Source of the DNA: Candidatus Hermodarchaeum yapensis | GTDB lineage: Archaea > Asgardarchaeota > Hermodarchaeia > Hermodarchaeales > Hermodarchaeaceae | Assembly (NCBI GenBank): GCA_016840405.1 | Contig: JAEOSK010000057.1 | Coordinates: 1-10,713 of the forward strand | Length of the DNA: 10,713 nt | Reading direction: 5' to 3' | In this document: in pieces, positions 6,867-10,713 of the stretch | How positions within the stretch are numbered: position 1 is the stretch's first letter | Layout: each line of letters starts with the position of its first letter | The notes under the pieces: model-generated | Database searches by the model: none | The model's input: the letters and a program-made list of their open reading frames with translations, nothing else | Told to the model about the DNA's origin: nothing | Made by a program: the position numbers and the translations under genes

Positions 6867-8788
6867 TGGCACGTAAACGGAAATTAGGCGGGTATGCAGG
6901 CCAACATCTGCATGTAGATATGACGAAGGGACTGTGTAAACCGGTTCCACTAGAGAAGGAATTTGCTGTCAAATACATTGGAGGACAGGGATTTGCTTCT
7001 CGCATATTATATGACCAGGTTGGTCCTCAAACAAATCCCTTGAGTCCAGACAATATCCTCATTTGGGCGACCGGCCCATTCACCGGCACTCTTTGGCCCC
7101 AAGCATCACGATATGTTGTTGGTGCCAAATCGCCTCTAACAGGAATTTTTGGAGAAGCCCATTCAGCTGGCCATTGGGGTCCAGAATTGAAGTTTGGTGG
7201 GTTCGATACAATTATTGTCACAGGACGGGCAAAAAACCCTGCGTATCTTTTAATTGATAATGGGAAAGCAAAATTAATCGATGCTAAGGATTTGTGGGGA
7301 CGGAACACAAACGAGACTGAAGAGATTATCAAAGAAACGCACCGAGATCCCAACCTCCGAGTCTCATGTATTGGCCAAGCGGGCGAAAATCTGGTTCGAT
7401 TCGCGGCAATTATTAACGACTATGATCGCGCCGCCGCACGTTCTGGCATAGGTGCAGTAGCGGGAAGTAAACGCCTCAAGGCAGTAGCGGTTCGTGGAAG
7501 CCAAGATATTCCGGTGGCTAAACCAGACAAGTATCTTAAAGTCATTGAAAAATTACATCAAAAGATGCTTGACAGTCCCTTCACAGCCAGCCGGGCGAAA
7601 TATGGGACCACTAATCTTGTTGAATTAATGCAAGAAATCGGTCGTCTTCCCAGCTATAACATGCGATCAGGTGTTTTTGCTGAATATCAGAAAATTAGTG
7701 GTGAAGCTATCAGAGAACACTATCTGGTGAAACCCCGTGCAGATTACGCTTGTTTACAGCGATGTGGACGATATACTCTAGTCAAGGCTGGTCCATACGC
7801 GTATTGTGGAGGAAGTCCTGAATATGAATCTCAGTCGGCATTAGGAAGTCGATGTGGTAACGAAAACCTCGAATCCATCCTGTATGGGCACCATTTGAGC
7901 AACTTGTATGGAATGGATACTATTTCAACGGGGGCAACGATTAGTTGGGCTATGGAGGCGTGGGATGAAGGACTAATTACTGCAGAAGATACTGGTGGTC
8001 TCGATTTGAGTTGGGGCAATCATGAAACGATAGTCAAGCTAATTCATATGATTGCCCATCGGGAGGGTTTCGGGGACATTCTCGCAGAAGGAAGTTTCAG
8101 AGCAGCACAAAAGATAGGGAGAGGAACCGAGAAGTTTGTAATGCATAGTAAAAAACAGGAGATAGCTGGACAGGAACCTCGAGCCCAGAAATCTATGGGA
8201 TTAGCTTCAGCCACGGCGGCACGGGGAGCCGACCACTTGTACGCGTTTCCAGTGCTAGATGAAATTGGGTTTGATGAAGAGATTGGAATTCGATACGGCG
8301 AGAAATACCTGCCAGAAATTGGAGACCGTTTGGATCCGAAATACAAGGGAATTATGGTGAAAGAAAACGAGGATTTCTGTGCGGTAGTGGAATCCCTTGG
8401 AGTTTGTAAGTATGGTACAGTGATACCCCCTGTTCTCTTTTACGAAGATATTGTCACGACCTACGAAGTCACAGTCGGAATATCATTAACAGAAGCAGAA
8501 TTCCGGCTGGCGGGTGAACGCATAGTGAACCTGAATCGCGCATTCAACATTCGTGAAGGTATTCGTCGAAAAGATGATTCACTACCACGTCGTCTAACCC
8601 ATACACCAGCCCCAGAAGGGCCTTCAAAAGGTCAAGTTGTGGAACTAGATCAAATGCTCGATGAATACTATGAACAGCGAGGCTGGAATGTAAAGGATGG
8701 ATTACCTACCAACCACACAATGCGTAGAGTAAAACTCGAAGATGTTGTCGAAGATTTAGCCAAACATGGTATAGTTTTACCTAATTGA
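6866..8788 (+). CDS. aor: Aldehyde:ferredoxin oxidoreductase family (tungstopterin) catalytic subunit, 640 aa
   Basis: GGYAG, KYIGGQG, AKSPLTG, IGQAGENLVRFAAI, GAVAGSKRLKAVAVRG, PEYES, YGMDTISTG and RAFNIREG. The start is ATG 6866, translationally coupled, not 6698. Subfamily and substrate are not determinable. Confidence 0.95.
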   Translation: MARKRKLGGYAGQHLHVDMTKGLCKPVPLEKEFAVKYIGGQGFASRILYDQVGPQTNPLSPDNILIWATGPFTGTLWPQASRYVVGAKSPLTGIFGEAHSAGHWGPELKFGGFDTIIVTGRAKNPAYLLIDNGKAKLIDAKDLWGRNTNETEEIIKETHRDPNLRVSCIGQAGENLVRFAAIINDYDRAAARSGIGAVAGSKRLKAVAVRGSQDIPVAKPDKYLKVIEKLHQKMLDSPFTASRAKYGTTNLVELMQEIGRLPSYNMRSGVFAEYQKISGEAIREHYLVKPRADYACLQRCGRYTLVKAGPYAYCGGSPEYESQSALGSRCGNENLESILYGHHLSNLYGMDTISTGATISWAMEAWDEGLITAEDTGGLDLSWGNHETIVKLIHMIAHREGFGDILAEGSFRAAQKIGRGTEKFVMHSKKQEIAGQEPRAQKSMGLASATAARGADHLYAFPVLDEIGFDEEIGIRYGEKYLPEIGDRLDPKYKGIMVKENEDFCAVVESLGVCKYGTVIPPVLFYEDIVTTYEVTVGISLTEAEFRLAGERIVNLNRAFNIREGIRRKDDSLPRRLTHTPAPEGPSKGQVVELDQMLDEYYEQRGWNVKDGLPTNHTMRRVKLEDVVEDLAKHGIVLPN

Positions 8789-8789
8789 A

Positions 8790-8804
8790 ATGATTCTGAA
8801 TCAT
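8790..8804. repeat. Perfect inverted repeat directly after the aor stop
   Basis: ATGATTC-T-GAATCAT. Confidence 0.6.
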
Positions 8805-8819
8805 CTGAGAAGCAAGGTG

Positions 8820-9115
8820 TGACATCCTCCCCTTCTTTGAGGAAAGGGCTTTGGACTGTTCCTTCGGGTTACCCTCGTCGCCGAGGCGCGTTTGGCCCGT
8901 AACTTGCCAGGTTCTGACGTTGTTCCGCCCCACACCGGCCCCTTAGGCAGGGGAATTTCTTGCACATGCCGGAGGGGGCTTCATGTGCGTAGATGCCGCC
9001 CTGCCACGTAATGCCTGGTGTACAGTGCTCCAGTCAGGCATACTTTGAGCTATGACAAAAGAGTCTATATACCCCGCGATTTTTCCTCATCTGCAGGAAG
9101 GGGACTTTTCGCCAA
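8820..9115 (-). mobile_element. Non-autonomous IS200/IS605-family derivative (PATE/MITE-like) carrying a structured ncRNA and no tnpA/tnpB
   Basis: The minus-strand right end AAGCCCTTTCCTCAAAGAAGGGGAGGATGTCA (hairpin 8848-8829, ending GTCA at 8820) resembles IS605/IS1341-type ends of the form AAGCCCC..hairpin..GGGGAGGATGTCA. The left end TTGGCGAAAAGTCCCCTTCCTGCAGATGAGGAAAAATCGC is a degenerate related hairpin. The interior is GC-rich with several stems. The left boundary is approximate. Confidence 0.7.
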
Positions 9116-9152
9116 CAAGGTTAAATCTATGGTATGAAGGTAGCGATGAGGT

Positions 9153-9935
9153 ATGGCGCTGGCAATCGGGAAGAATCGAAGTCGTATGGTGGCGTATCTA
9201 GCGATTTTTATTGCCCTCGTAGCTGTTTTTGATGCGATTCCTATTATCCCAGGATTGTACAGTGGGATTTGGGACTCGTGGATATTTCTCCTCAGTCCCA
9301 TTATTGGTGTCTTATTAGGTCCTTTTCTGGGGTTCATTGCAGTTGGACTAGGAAGTTCACTGGGGCATTTTATCTATTATCGAGATCCATTTGAATTCGT
9401 TTTCATGCTAGGTGCCGCTTTTGGAGCTGCCTGTGCTGTACTAATTTACCACCGGCGTTGGAAACCCGTCCTCATTATCTATTCGGGATTACTACTTGGA
9501 TATTTCCTAACCCCAATAACTTGGTCTCTCCCGTTGATTGGAATTTGGGACATTCTTCTTGGATATGGAATCTTGCTCCTCTTCATTCTCCTTATTAGCA
9601 TCCAAATATGGCCCACTCACCACACGCAAGATCAATGGCTGCGACTGCTCTTCTGTGCCATTATAGGGCTAGAAGCCGATATTCTTCTGCGTGTTTTCAT
9701 TCTCATTCCTCTTGGGACCTACTGGTTCTTCTATGGGATGACACCAGGATTCTTGTACTGGCTCTGGTTAACGGCGGGAATAATCACTCCGTTAAAAGTC
9801 GCAATAAGTGGGGTGTTTACTGTCACTATTGGGTTTAGTCTCCTTCAAATTCTTCCCAGGGTAGGAGTTCCGTTAACTGAAGAAGTCGCCGACATAAAAC
9901 CTGAACAGCCTCCTCCGAATCTGGTGATGGATTGA
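9153..9935 (+). CDS. ECF transporter S-component-like integral membrane protein, substrate unknown
   Basis: About 8 hydrophobic segments. The N-terminal AYLAIFIAL and LSPIIGVLLGPFLGFIAVGLGSSLG match the S-component pattern. TATA-like TTAAAT at 9121-9126. Confidence 0.7.
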   Translation: MALAIGKNRSRMVAYLAIFIALVAVFDAIPIIPGLYSGIWDSWIFLLSPIIGVLLGPFLGFIAVGLGSSLGHFIYYRDPFEFVFMLGAAFGAACAVLIYHRRWKPVLIIYSGLLLGYFLTPITWSLPLIGIWDILLGYGILLLFILLISIQIWPTHHTQDQWLRLLFCAIIGLEADILLRVFILIPLGTYWFFYGMTPGFLYWLWLTAGIITPLKVAISGVFTVTIGFSLLQILPRVGVPLTEEVADIKPEQPPPNLVMD

Positions 9936-10053
9936 AGAAAGGTGGAAAGGAGGAGAATTCCGTCTTTTTTTCATACTGAGCTCCAGAAGGTTTTTACCTG
10001 CAAATTCCTAGCCAACAGCTAGATATTTTTCTTCGATATCGAGGTAGAAGGAA

Positions 10054-10713
10054 ATGGCAAAACTACCCCAATTAGATACAAAAATCACCGCCGTCACTAT
10101 CTATCGTGACGGAGCAAAAATTGAACGCACAGGATCCATCGAATTAAAACCTGGTACTCATAAAATCGAAATCGCAAATTTGACACGATACTTAGATCAA
10201 GAAAGTGTCCGTGTGTCAGGGCGGGGGCATGCTTCGATTACTAGTTTTGATACGGTTGATAAAACCACAGAAGTGAGCGGCTACGACAAACTCGATACGC
10301 TCATCAAGAAAAAAGAAAATCTGGAAAAACAACAACGCCAAATTCAAGGCGAATTGCAACGGATAACTCAACGAATGGTTTTCTATTCACAAATCTTAGA
10401 AAATTCAGCCGGTGAATTCTCACGCTGGATTCCTGCAGGTGAAAGTGACGTTGACAGGGTCAGCACCTTGGAAACCCTTGTTACCACCCAGCTGGATAAA
10501 CTGCACACATCCCAATTCAAACTCAATGAAGATCTCGAAAAAATCCAAAAAGATATCGCGATAGTCCAACGAGAAATCGATAAATTCCGAAGTGAATTCA
10601 ACCAATACGAGATTACACACAGCGTGTTGGTCAACGTTGAAGCTTCCAAACTCGGTAAATGTGAATTCAATCTTTCCTATTTTGTTCACAATGCAAGCTG
10701 GGCACCCACCTAC
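10054..10713 (+). CDS. DUF4140/DUF4139 (mucoidy inhibitor MuiA family) protein, 5' part; runs off the window end
   Basis: Manual translation: MAKLPQLDTKITAVTIYRDGAKIERTGSIELKPGTHKIEIANLTRYLDQESVRVSG, then a coiled coil, then FNLSYFVHNASWAPTY. The frame is open for 220 codons to the window end, with GAGGT RBS at 10041-10045. Confidence 0.92.
   Translation, partial: MAKLPQLDTKITAVTIYRDGAKIERTGSIELKPGTHKIEIANLTRYLDQESVRVSGRGHASITSFDTVDKTTEVSGYDKLDTLIKKKENLEKQQRQIQGELQRITQRMVFYSQILENSAGEFSRWIPAGESDVDRVSTLETLVTTQLDKLHTSQFKLNEDLEKIQKDIAIVQREIDKFRSEFNQYEITHSVLVNVEASKLGKCEFNLSYFVHNASWAPTY

Noticed and set aside
8786-8902. Selenocysteine read-through of the aor TGA with a downstream SECIS
   Set aside because: The TGA is at the normal AOR C-terminus, and the read-through peptide runs into the mobile element with no recognisable motif.
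8946-9008. H/ACA guide hairpin (stem, internal loop, stem)
   Set aside because: No ACA box directly follows the stem on either strand (ACG on plus, TAA on minus), and there is no clear K-turn.
8943-9041. 32-aa minus-strand ORF in the element (MPDWSTVHQALRGRAASTHMKPPPACARNSPA) as a tnpB remnant
   Set aside because: It has no RuvC (DRDxNAA) or Zn-finger similarity and coincides with RNA stems.
8800-9150. TPP or other riboswitch upstream of the S-component gene; RNase P or SRP RNA
   Set aside because: CTGAGA is present but the other TPP elements are not. There is no SRP helix-8 motif or complete RNase P P4 pairing. The IS-type ends explain the region better.
1210-10689. Short antisense or alternative-frame ORFs in the track (e.g. 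1210-1410, 1778-2080, 2142-2357, 4076-4285, 7027-7353, 9065-9337, 10383-10670)
   Set aside because: They are shadows of well-supported genes and have no independent motifs.
1-10713. CRISPR array, tRNA or rRNA genes
   Set aside because: I saw no regularly spaced repeats or cloverleaf. The rRNA-like 10-mer at 2678-2687 is the complement of the sRNA guide, not an rRNA gene.

Overview
Archaeal chromosomal window, probably from an Asgard lineage (inferred from a stand-alone Roadblock/LC7 gene, a zinc-ribbon/CdvA-like protein and the TFB sequence style; not proven). Protein genes in order: tfb (partial, missed by the ORF track), map (type II Met aminopeptidase), Roadblock/LC7, tmk, an archaeal hypothetical, a double zinc-ribbon/CdvA-like coiled-coil protein, a HAD phosphatase fused to a dolichol/phytol-kinase-type domain, a 4x[4Fe-4S] subunit plus AOR-family oxidoreductase operon, an ECF S-component-like membrane protein, and a partial DUF4140/DUF4139 gene (also missed by the track). 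The strongest signals are non-coding. (1) A box C/D guide sRNA at 2666-2734 (-) has a D guide complementary to the 16S rRNA decoding-site sequence. (2) A ~295-bp, highly structured element at 8820-9115 (-) has IS200/IS605-type ends and no transposase or nuclease gene. It looks like a stand-alone TnpB-type guide-RNA cassette, and its putative guide resembles the leader/RBS of the neighbouring AOR operon. (3) tfb has a long structured leader under a palindromic TATA. Several enzymes carry non-canonical motif residues.
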